From IMG/VR virus record IMGVR_UViG_2654587570_000013, positions 1-35,061 of that record: a DNA stretch of 35,061 bases; one strand, 5' to 3'. Positions 9,101 through 16,327 of this stretch are shown here, piece after piece (the stretch's first letter is position 1; each line of letters begins with the position of its first letter). The position numbers and the translations under genes are program-made. Origin of the DNA: a virus (lineage: Duplodnaviria > Heunggongvirae > Uroviricota > Caudoviricetes). Below the pieces are notes generated by a model that made no database searches, was not told the origin of the DNA, and saw nothing but the letters and a program-made list of their open reading frames with translations.

Positions 9101-9925
9101 GTTTGAATGCAAATCCATCTGGCGTACTTGTTTACGTACTTTCAGGAATGAATCAACGTTGATGTTTTCAATTGGTACGGATAAGCCATATTTTTCATTT
9201 GTTAGGTAGTGGAAAATCTGGTCCACGCCGTTAGTGCTTGCCTCAATAGCATTGGTTTCAAGGTTACGGATTTTTAAGCCCATAACATCGACCGCTACCT
9301 GGCTATTTGGTTGAAGGATATCAACACCAGCAGCCAAAGATTTGTCATCACGACGTAAAACAATACACATGGTCGCAATGCCGTTACCCTGATACCGATC
9401 ATCCCAATCAGCGCCCAAATGATGTTTAGCAAGATCTAATGCAGTGTTAGGATTTTTACCCGTGCGAAACTCGACTTCTAAAACTTTGCGGTATTCGTCT
9501 TTAATGTTTCCTTTATCGAGAATGCCATCACGAATTGTCATATTCTGGCTAATGAGAACGTTTTTATTATCGATGTGCAGTGCTTTAAAGTGATCGATCT
9601 CACCTTCGGCAATAGCAAAAATTTGTACCAGCTTGTTATTTTCACGCTGTGAAATTGCTTTGTAAACGCAGATTGCACCAGTTCGGGTAGTACCGAAAAG
9701 AACGGGTAAAACTGTCTTAGGATCGTTTGATGTTCCTAGTGTCACCGCATTATCTGGGCTTTGTACTTTCGGTGTTTTTGGTGCGCCTACAGTGGAAGCG
9801 ATCAAGGTCATTGCACCAGCAGCCATACCGATAGCGACTGCGGTCATAACAGAAAATGTTGCAGCAGCAGCCATCCCAGCAGACGCACCAGCAATAACCG
9901 CGCCTACTAATATTTCAAATCCCAT
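6179..9925 (-). CDS. central tail fibre / host specificity protein (lambda J-like) with I-like hydrophobic N-terminus
   Basis: 1248 aa; C-terminus (DDHPFDRQIVIPA ... IDMPAGHGAVT ... KKAATGISVS) closely resembles the lambda J receptor-binding end as I recall it; internal fibre-shaft repeats; N-terminal Gly/Ala-rich hydrophobic segment; start overlaps the upstream stop (TAATG). Confidence 0.85.
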   Translation of the reverse strand: MGFEILVGAVIAGASAGMAAAATFSVMTAVAIGMAAGAMTLIASTVGAPKTPKVQSPDNAVTLGTSNDPKTVLPVLFGTTRTGAICVYKAISQRENNKLVQIFAIAEGEIDHFKALHIDNKNVLISQNMTIRDGILDKGNIKDEYRKVLEVEFRTGKNPNTALDLAKHHLGADWDDRYQGNGIATMCIVLRRDDKSLAAGVDILQPNSQVAVDVMGLKIRNLETNAIEASTNGVDQIFHYLTNEKYGLSVPIENINVDSFLKVRKQVRQMDLHSNGACDPNASFKENLTSLMQTFGGVMFESFGRITLKLDAPDIVKHTFNEDNIMMGKVSLKTGGTNGYFNTINAMYQEPSIDYSEQMLRYPADAENDATIRQDGRIIAKDIEYRFVKSKAQIDKLASVERNKSRITQVISFMTTDAFTAEVWDVISVTYDELKLNNSLWRITAIDRSIDSGIAGMMTITATEYNSQVYTDLNYAANPDNRPTGLPDSMTVQKPTNFRIKATGETIHGKNVTLTWDVPEDFNRYGFQIDYKVSGSPNWIKLGQTSQQIFNINALAKDRSYDYRVCAFGIIARSEWVELVNQNPTVTYELPTPVIRIKNQGSSPGTFEGNDLIIEWENQQQLDVMINGEANKFSDLFEAYIIKVTNKAGKSIQYRTRDPESWTYTLDMNQFNGLSRELTVEVSVKGYNNSESAPARLVAINPQHKPMKGFSARGGFNTAFVSWADDVEHDYAGSIIQYATDNTFSDARAVTTNSVSHTSFDLADGDYYIRGAHYDIFGMDDAVWSEPYFMQMKSTISWDDQDKEALEDLIGLQDRLDETIADAIAQAGANADAKIDAMHKQITTETGQTVQASADTLKSLIATSEQASATKIDQVKAELKGDITKEVSASATTLKQAIATSEAASASKIDQVRVEMDGKIAGVNQEADVKIDALKGTINSKYNLAVNADGRVAGIHMSATNDPAEPTRIIFTADKIAVAPQDGSEVCPFGIEDNKVYLDNAMIRNAAIGTAQISDASITTAKIGTAQINGAHIQHAQIGTGHIIDGSIDNAKIGNYIQSYNWNGNDGWYIGKDGTCHFRHANIRGHLVADSGEMNNVTINSSCRILGMLDANQVRGDFVKVVGRSFPHRQPNWPDGAITVRVEDDHPFDRQIVIPAIHHNGSVRRGESSDHWDTCRLIVKKNGGVLYDRTATSGCMYSGVIDMPAGHGAVTMTFEVYCKGVNNYNPSAYISDLTVMVTKKAATGISVS

Positions 9926-10344
9926 TATTCACCCCCGAATCTATAAACTTGTTCATAGTCAATGTCTGAAACAGGAATGGTCATCCAGATACCATCTTCT
10001 TCAACGAGGCCATAACCGGAATAATGAGGAACTACGGAATAATATTTGCGGTTTCCTAATTTGTGGGCTGTGACCAGTAAGTCGCCGTCCTGTAAATCAT
10101 CAGTGACTAATTTGAAATGTTTCTTAATTGGTTGAAGGATATTTGTGTATCCGCTTAATTCTTTGCAGATTTTCAAGCCTTCTTCTTTAGTTGAATATTT
10201 TTTATAAAGAGAATTATATAGGTCAGTACCAGCGAGAATATCGATGATCTTACATGCAATTATATTGCAATCATTCTCGCCTTGAACGAACTCCTGACCT
10301 ATTAAAGAATTGATGTAATCGGTGATAAGCCTAGTTTTTAGCAT
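9925..10344 (-). CDS. tail tip assembly protein (lambda K-like, NlpC/P60-type Cys/His motif)
   Basis: Start placed at MLKTRL, which has a GGAGGT SD; the ORF track extends to 10500 and would overlap the upstream gene by 110 nt. ENDC...H...H pattern; sits between the L-like and J-like genes. Confidence 0.55.
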   Translation of the reverse strand: MLKTRLITDYINSLIGQEFVQGENDCNIIACKIIDILAGTDLYNSLYKKYSTKEEGLKICKELSGYTNILQPIKKHFKLVTDDLQDGDLLVTAHKLGNRKYYSVVPHYSGYGLVEEDGIWMTIPVSDIDYEQVYRFGGE

Positions 10345-10390
10345 GTTGAATACCTCCATGCAGTTATTTACTAGGCTTAGGGAGAAGGGA

Positions 10391-11044
10391 TTATTTCTTC
10401 GATGAATGCCACTTGCTTTCGCTATTCCAGCGACCCGTCCTTGAGAAGAATAGATCGTTCTCGTTTCCAACATAGGAACGGTGGATACCATCGGAAGCAT
10501 GACTACGAGCGTTTTTATCTAGAACTTCCCAGATACTATTAAGCTGAAATTCTGATTCGTTTTTACACTCTTCATCTTCATGTTCGATGTTAATACCGAT
10601 GGAATCGACTACCCCACGGAAAACAGGGTAAGTAGTTTCAACCTTGCCCGTGTTGGGGTTAAGGAAAACCATCTCGATTTTCACATCAGATTTATCGAAT
10701 TGCTTGTTACGAATCAGGGTAATGTATTCTTCGCGAACGTTAGAAACAGTTACGTTGATCCCGTTGTTGTTGATCTCCTTCTCTTCGGTATTCGATGAGA
10801 TTTGAAGAAAGTCACCCGTTGCAAGATACGTAAAACCGTTATAGTCCAAATCGAAGTACCCATCTGTAAGCCGTAGAACGTCTCCTGACGCGGTTATTAC
10901 TTCGATAATGTGAAACATCGATCCAGTGGAAAAAAGCTGCGGTAGAGTCAATCTAGACACATTCTGCCCTGTCTGGTCGTTGTAGACCTCGATGAAGTCC
11001 AGATTAGTGCATAGTTTGCTGAATGATTCCTGAATAGTTGCCAT
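10391..11044 (-). CDS. minor tail protein (lambda L-like position)
   Basis: 217 aa; position between the M-like and K-like genes; start overlaps the upstream stop (TAATG). Confidence 0.5.
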   Translation of the reverse strand: MATIQESFSKLCTNLDFIEVYNDQTGQNVSRLTLPQLFSTGSMFHIIEVITASGDVLRLTDGYFDLDYNGFTYLATGDFLQISSNTEEKEINNNGINVTVSNVREEYITLIRNKQFDKSDVKIEMVFLNPNTGKVETTYPVFRGVVDSIGINIEHEDEECKNESEFQLNSIWEVLDKNARSHASDGIHRSYVGNENDLFFSRTGRWNSESKWHSSKK

Positions 11045-11604
11045 TATACATTCTCCACTAATTCAAATTTCATCTTGCCGATCTGAGCGATCTTCCAATC
11101 GATGTTTTCAGTTTTGAGAACAAATTCACCTTCTACGTTCTGATACTTGATCACCTCACCCGCTAGGACGTTCTGACGCAAGTTAGGGAAGAGTTTCATT
11201 TCGCCACCTGATTTCACATCTTCGGTGATCGTGTAGATTTTCTTGTGGTTCTCAAACTGGATGATAGTTCCCGCTTTCAGTGTTCCGGTGAAGTTGGAGA
11301 TTCTCACCTTACGCCCACCGCGAGCAGTACCAGCAGCAGCCGTTACCATCTGGCGTACATCACCTGTGTATTTTGAAAAGTAAGACAGTGGCACATTGAA
11401 AGGACGACCAAAAAGGTGACGTGCTACAAATTCTTTTACTTCGTTAATATCCTGAGCCATGAAATTCGCGGTAAATTCTGCTTCGTAAAAATGGATGCCA
11501 GTAAAGCGACGCTGGAACTTACCGGATATAGATTGCGCCTTGAAGAAAGGCTGTTTTGATTTAAGAGTAAAATCTGTGATTTTAATATTCTTGGATTTGA
11601 ACAT
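11044..11604 (-). CDS. minor tail / distal tail protein (lambda M position)
   Basis: 186 aa, immediately downstream of the tape measure gene. Confidence 0.5.
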   Translation of the reverse strand: MFKSKNIKITDFTLKSKQPFFKAQSISGKFQRRFTGIHFYEAEFTANFMAQDINEVKEFVARHLFGRPFNVPLSYFSKYTGDVRQMVTAAAGTARGGRKVRISNFTGTLKAGTIIQFENHKKIYTITEDVKSGGEMKLFPNLRQNVLAGEVIKYQNVEGEFVLKTENIDWKIAQIGKMKFELVENV

Positions 11605-11610
11605 AGAAAA

Positions 11611-11648
11611 GCCCCCATAGTTTTATGATTATTTATGACTATGGGGGC
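11611..11648 (-). terminator. intercistronic hairpin (attenuator) between tape measure and M-like gene
   Basis: GCCCCCATAG ... CTATGGGGGC 10-bp stem with flanking A/T runs. Confidence 0.4.
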
Positions 11649-11654
11649 TTTTAA

Positions 11655-14084
11655 TTACATCTTACGACGCTGTGCGTCTTCTACCGCCTGAGCAACTAAC
11701 TTAGCGTGACGTTTGATAGCATCCATGACCATCTTGTCTGAGCTATTAACGTTGCCGTTAATGTTCAAAGGCGCATTAACTTCAATCGGCTGAGAGTTAC
11801 CACCACCTGATTTTTGAGCAGCAAGGAAGTCTTTCAAATCGCCGTTAGTACGCTGATCAACTACTCGTTCACCCTTATCAAGCAACCATGTACCCTCACG
11901 CGGGATGTTATCGATACCATCATGAGCCATACCGCTAACGTTAGTAGACTTGATGTTTGCGATGTTCCCCATGTTCTGAGAAACAGCCAATGCAGCAGCA
12001 GCGATCTTTTGTCCTGTGGTGACGTTGGTCGGATCGTTCCATGCATCGGTAGCAGCCGTCCACATGTTCACCGTCGCTTGTCCGATAGAGAATGCTTTAT
12101 GAGCATTGAAAGCCATCTGCATAGCTTTAGTGTTTTCCTGCCCGAAGAGAGTCATTGCAGCAGCAAAACCGCCATACATATCATCGGCTATTGACTGGCG
12201 AGCATCAGCATATTTCTTTTCAATTGCAGCCATCCGTTTTTGATGGTTTTCATTGAGTTTTTCTAATGCTTCCATCCGTTTAGCCGGATCATTAATACCG
12301 TCAATCTTGAGTTTATCGGTCTTATAATCTTGTTCAGCATCCGATTTCTCTTTATCGATTGCATTAAATTTAGCAAACGGATTATTTGAGTCTTGATAAT
12401 CATAACCACTAGTTAATTGATTGGTTTTATAACCATCCATTCCCTGTAAAGAATTTTCAATCTGAGAATAGTTTTGCTCGGTATCGTTCACACGACGCAT
12501 ATATTCTTCGTAGGAGATAGCTTTACCATCAAGTAACCGTTTATGGCTTTCTAGCTCGTTGTCCCTGATTTGTTGCAATTGTGTTAAAGCATTCAGAGCA
12601 TCAATCGGATCAGCACCCAACATCATTTTATAAACGTTTTCAGTATTCTGATCGATTAGCGCCTGGCGTTTCGCGGCTGCGTCTTCCTGAGAGATTAAGC
12701 CCAGAGCTAACGCGTCGTTCACATCTTTTAAGCTGTTTTGCAACTGGCTATTTTGAGAAGTGATAGACGCTGCAACTTGCCCTTGCAATTTAACATCAAG
12801 TGCATTCAGTCGCTTGATTGCATCCTCGCGTGCTTTCTGTGCTTTTTCTGCGGCTTCCTTAGCCTTTTTAGCTGCCTCTTCCGCTTTCTTGCGTGCTTCT
12901 TCTTCGGCTTTCTTCTCATTACCAGACTTACCCAATGATTCTGGTCTTACTGGTTTATTTGGTATAGTCAAATCACGGTTAGGATCTGCCTTGCGGGTTA
13001 GATGTTCCCCGTTATCGACAACAATCAGAGAGCCATTTTTCTTATAAGAATCACCAAAACGTTTCTTAAATCCTTCAACATCAAAGCCAGCAGTACGAGG
13101 ATCGACACCAGCACCACGGATCGCGGCCTTTTCCCAATCTGCCAGATTATTCCAACGCTTTTCTTTATTGTACTTGTCAATAATTTTTTGAGCGTCTTTA
13201 TGGTTGGCGTTAAGAATACCGCCAGTTGCGGTCTTGCCTTCTTTATTCAGTCGATCTAATGCCCTGAATAGAGAACTCTTTTCCCAATCAATATTAAACC
13301 AGTCAAATAACCAGTTTAAACTATCAACCAGCGGACCAGAAATGGTCATACCGACACCTTTCAGGTTATTTTCCAGCTTATTGATATTTTGAGAAAATTT
13401 ATCATATTTTTTAGCGTTTTCTTCGGTGACGTTAACAGATTGATTCTGAATAGCGATCATCGCCTCTTGAGCAGTATTATATTTCTCAAGCTGGCTGGTC
13501 ATATGGCTTGAATCACTGGCTAAAGATTCCATCATGAACTTGATTTCAGCCATTGATTTTCCGGCTTTCTTCATGTCATAGAACACTTGGATCGCCGCTT
13601 TCATACCACCTTGCGGATCAGTCATGAAGTGAGCATAGTTTTCTAACTTAAGGCCAACCGATTCTAAGTCATCGGCAATACCGCCACCGTTAGCCCATGC
13701 ATCACCCATTTTATCTAAGGTGTCTTTGTTGATATCACCAAATTTTTCAACTGTTAGGCCAGTACCAGAAAATTCCTTTTCCAGTCTTTGAAGGGATTCA
13801 ATCGAGAGTCCGGTCGCCTTAGATACTTCTGAATATTGTTTAACGTATTCCGCGCCAGCTTTAGCGGCTGCAACCACTGCGGTCGCAACTAAGCCGATAC
13901 CACCAGCAGCTAAACCAGCAGAGCCAGCAATACCACGAAGAGATCCAGTCAGACCAGACAAGCCACCACCAAAATCAATATTACTTGCCTTTTCAGACAA
14001 ATCATCGAGCAGGTCAGCGGCTTCACTAGTGCTTCTCTTTAGCCCTTTATTATCCCCTTCTATTGTTACTATATGTTTTGTCAT
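11655..14084 (-). CDS. tail tape measure protein
   Basis: 809 aa; Ala/Gly-rich N-terminal hydrophobic stretch, long alpha-helical/coiled-coil body; canonical position after the chaperone pair and before the tip genes. Confidence 0.85.
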   Translation of the reverse strand: MTKHIVTIEGDNKGLKRSTSEAADLLDDLSEKASNIDFGGGLSGLTGSLRGIAGSAGLAAGGIGLVATAVVAAAKAGAEYVKQYSEVSKATGLSIESLQRLEKEFSGTGLTVEKFGDINKDTLDKMGDAWANGGGIADDLESVGLKLENYAHFMTDPQGGMKAAIQVFYDMKKAGKSMAEIKFMMESLASDSSHMTSQLEKYNTAQEAMIAIQNQSVNVTEENAKKYDKFSQNINKLENNLKGVGMTISGPLVDSLNWLFDWFNIDWEKSSLFRALDRLNKEGKTATGGILNANHKDAQKIIDKYNKEKRWNNLADWEKAAIRGAGVDPRTAGFDVEGFKKRFGDSYKKNGSLIVVDNGEHLTRKADPNRDLTIPNKPVRPESLGKSGNEKKAEEEARKKAEEAAKKAKEAAEKAQKAREDAIKRLNALDVKLQGQVAASITSQNSQLQNSLKDVNDALALGLISQEDAAAKRQALIDQNTENVYKMMLGADPIDALNALTQLQQIRDNELESHKRLLDGKAISYEEYMRRVNDTEQNYSQIENSLQGMDGYKTNQLTSGYDYQDSNNPFAKFNAIDKEKSDAEQDYKTDKLKIDGINDPAKRMEALEKLNENHQKRMAAIEKKYADARQSIADDMYGGFAAAMTLFGQENTKAMQMAFNAHKAFSIGQATVNMWTAATDAWNDPTNVTTGQKIAAAALAVSQNMGNIANIKSTNVSGMAHDGIDNIPREGTWLLDKGERVVDQRTNGDLKDFLAAQKSGGGNSQPIEVNAPLNINGNVNSSDKMVMDAIKRHAKLVAQAVEDAQRRKM

Positions 14085-14095
14085 AAATTACCCCT

Positions 14096-14482
14096 TTAAC
14101 CGCTTCTGAGTTTCTCAAGCAAAGATGGATCAAACATGTTCAGCATTGTCGCTTTACGTTCTTCTTCTTTCTTGCGTACAAGTTCTTCCTGTTCTTCTTT
14201 AGTTTTAAAGAGTTTTTCTTCTCTAATTAATTGGAATTGGCTAGGCTTGAGTTTCTTTGCAGTTTCACGAGTCATTCCTTGCGACGTCATATACATGGAA
14301 TACTGCAACATCGCATTCTGCATATCATGAAACGCGGGGCTTTGTGGTTCTAAGTAGGTGTCGAAAATGTATAATTTCCAAAATAGAGTGATTGGCATAT
14401 TATCCATTTCATCTTTACTAAGCCCCGATCTCATCATTTGCCGGAAATAGAAATTCAGAAGCGGGTTTACTTTACCTCGTTT
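14096..14482 (-). CDS. tail assembly chaperone extension (lambda T-like; candidate -1 frameshift product with upstream gene)
   Basis: Reading frame is open from 14482 to 14096; it overlaps the 3' end of the G-like ORF in the -1 frame and has no well-placed independent start. Confidence 0.4.
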   Translation of the reverse strand, partial: KRGKVNPLLNFYFRQMMRSGLSKDEMDNMPITLFWKLYIFDTYLEPQSPAFHDMQNAMLQYSMYMTSQGMTRETAKKLKPSQFQLIREEKLFKTKEEQEELVRKKEEERKATMLNMFDPSLLEKLRSG

Positions 14483-14775
14483 TCAATTACCGCCGGATCT
14501 TGCATCAATGAGGCTTGAGCAACCAAACCGATTAATTCACTGCGGACGTTAGTATACAGTGCCTTAACTTGTTCAATAGATTCAAATACTGGTTTACCGT
14601 CTTCATCTTCAATACAACGAAGAATCGAACGTTCGTCACGGTCTTCTTTATCAGTATTAAAAACATGTTCGTTAAATTCTTTTACTGACATAGGGCGAGC
14701 ATAGAAAGTGAATCCACCGATGGTCAGAGATTCGCGTTTCGGAGAGAGTGCGGCTAACATTTCGTTAATATTCAT
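14467..14775 (-). CDS. tail assembly chaperone (lambda G-like position)
   Basis: 102-aa acidic ORF between the tail tube gene and the tape measure gene. Confidence 0.5.
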   Translation of the reverse strand: MNINEMLAALSPKRESLTIGGFTFYARPMSVKEFNEHVFNTDKEDRDERSILRCIEDEDGKPVFESIEQVKALYTNVRSELIGLVAQASLMQDPAVIENEVK

Positions 14776-14830
14776 TCTTGTTTCCTCTTAAGTTAATTAG
14801 ATATGTTTATTTAGAATTGGAAACAAAAAA

Positions 14831-14848
14831 GCCACCCCGAAGGATGGC
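14831..14848 (-). terminator. hairpin terminator/attenuator after the tail tube gene
   Basis: On the minus strand GCCAUCC-UUCG-GGGUGGC (UUCG tetraloop) followed by a T-run. Confidence 0.45.
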
Positions 14849-14857
14849 TAGATAATA

Positions 14858-15328
14858 TTAGACTTTCTGGAAAACAGCTTGTTTGACCGGAGCACCATCT
14901 ACTACAAAGGTGAAGGTACGGCCTACTACAGCATCCTCACCACCAGTCATGGTAGTTTTAGACAGGAAGCCGTTATAAGCGATATGTACACCAGATTTTT
15001 TCGTAGCATCGATGTAGTAAGCAATTTTAAGCTGTACGCGCTTACCGTCTTCGGTTGCTTTAATCAGTTTTTCGTGTACTTCGTTACCCGGCATGTAGTT
15101 GATCGAAAGTTCGATATCCGGTACAGACATACGACCAACCAGCTTACGGTTATACGGACCACCGAAGTTAGGAACATCGATAGTAGAACGTTCTACACCA
15201 GTTTCCGGGAAAGCCGCACATTCTGGAATTTCCAGATAGCTTTCACTGTCAAGATCGGTGTTAGTTACTTCTTCATGCAGAAACAGACCAACGAGGCCAC
15301 CAGAAAAAATATCAAATTTAGTAGTCAT
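14858..15328 (-). CDS. major tail tube protein (lambda V N-domain-like)
   Basis: 156 aa; INYMPGNEVHEKLIKATEDGKRVQLKIAY resembles the conserved lambda V segment as recalled (WMPGE...ALLAWFNEGD...YKIRF); very strong optimal-codon bias typical of an abundant structural protein; terminator hairpin downstream. Confidence 0.6.
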   Translation of the reverse strand: MTTKFDIFSGGLVGLFLHEEVTNTDLDSESYLEIPECAAFPETGVERSTIDVPNFGGPYNRKLVGRMSVPDIELSINYMPGNEVHEKLIKATEDGKRVQLKIAYYIDATKKSGVHIAYNGFLSKTTMTGGEDAVVGRTFTFVVDGAPVKQAVFQKV

Positions 15329-15382
15329 TATTCTTTTCCTTCTATTTTAAACAATAGGGCACATACCCGTAATTCTATTTAT

Positions 15383-15685
15383 TTAGCGGTTGCTCAAACG
15401 TCTATAACGAAGATGAGCGATCCCCCTATTTGTGCTAACGGTAATTACCGCCCCTTGCGGTGCAATACAAGAATGAATCTGTCCCCAATCATGACCCTTA
15501 TGGCTTCCAGAAACACACAAACCATGAATAAGCAATTCAGAGTCACCACCGCCACCACCGGAAGAATGAGCACAGAATGAAATAGTCCCGAAAGCGTCGG
15601 CTGTCCAACCGTTAGGAATATCAAACCATCCCTGATTTGCTTTACCCGCCCTATTCCCCAAAGCGCCATCTACCCAAAATGCCAT
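15383..15685 (-). CDS. small Gly/Trp/His-rich protein, paralogue 1 of 3 (unknown function)
   Basis: 100 aa; shares WFDIPNGW, a Gly-rich segment, D-SEL--GL and a C-terminal aromatic-basic tail with the two adjacent ORFs. Confidence 0.55.
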   Translation of the reverse strand: MAFWVDGALGNRAGKANQGWFDIPNGWTADAFGTISFCAHSSGGGGGDSELLIHGLCVSGSHKGHDWGQIHSCIAPQGAVITVSTNRGIAHLRYRRLSNR

Positions 15686-15990
15686 TAGTGCATTCTCCTG
15701 AATTTAAAATAATGCAAGCTACCTTTACCCAATGTAAAGCTAACGGTAGCACCAGCGCCAACTAAAGAACTAGCGCCCCAACTCCCGGCATCAGCCGCAT
15801 GATGACCCGATTCAATCAATCCATTTACGACCAATTCAGAATCAAGATCACCAGCACCGTTAATGGCTTCCATATGAGCAAAAACAATTCCGCATGAATC
15901 AGTAACCCAGCCGTTGGGGATATCAAAATATCCACCATTAGCCCAAATACTAATAGCGTTTGACATTCTTTGATTTATCCATCCAGCCAT
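15685..15990 (-). CDS. small Gly/Trp/His-rich protein, paralogue 2 of 3
   Basis: 101 aa; YFDIPNGW motif; its stop overlaps the start of paralogue 1 (TAATG). Confidence 0.55.
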   Translation of the reverse strand: MAGWINQRMSNAISIWANGGYFDIPNGWVTDSCGIVFAHMEAINGAGDLDSELVVNGLIESGHHAADAGSWGASSLVGAGATVSFTLGKGSLHYFKFRRMH

Positions 15991-15992
15991 AA

Positions 15993-16289
15993 TTAAAACT
16001 CCATGAATTTAAAATATTCAACACCACCTTCACCCCCTAAACCAAAGGAGACGGTGCAGCCAGCAGGAACAAACGAATTTATAGTAGATCCCCAATTGGT
16101 CCCACCACGACGACGAGCAACGGTCAAACCATCTACGTTAATATGTGCATCAGACCACCCACCACCAGCATTATGACGCATTACAGCGACACCAGCACGA
16201 GCAGTACCATAGCCGTTAGGAATATCAAATACATGCCATTTTAAAGCATCGATTTTAGTATTAATTTCGCTACTTACCCAATATCCCAT
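15993..16289 (-). CDS. small Gly/Trp/His-rich protein, paralogue 3 of 3
   Basis: 98 aa; VFDIPNGY motif; 2-nt gap to paralogue 2. Confidence 0.55.
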   Translation of the reverse strand: MGYWVSSEINTKIDALKWHVFDIPNGYGTARAGVAVMRHNAGGGWSDAHINVDGLTVARRRGGTNWGSTINSFVPAGCTVSFGLGGEGGVEYFKFMEF

Positions 16290-16327
16290 ATAAGAATCCT
16301 TAGCGGAGATTTCTCCCCGCTTTCCAA

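Noticed and set aside
9925-10500. Full 191-aa K-like ORF as given in the ORF track
   Set aside because: The first 52 codons overlap the upstream L-like gene by 110 nt; an internal ATG at 10344 with a GGAGGT SD gives a compact, coupled arrangement instead.
12581-13392. Several plus-strand ORFs inside the tape measure gene
   Set aside because: Low-complexity antisense frames within a long, well-supported minus-strand gene.
14437-14485. Canonical lambda-type slippery heptamer (G GGA AAG-like) for the G/T shift
   Set aside because: No X-XXY-YYZ heptamer exists in the 17-nt overlap; the frameshift is kept only as a synteny-based candidate with an unknown mechanism.
14879-15580. 233-aa plus-strand ORF
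   Set aside because: Lies antisense to the codon-optimised tail tube gene and to paralogue 1; its composition is that of a shadow ORF and it breaks the operon.
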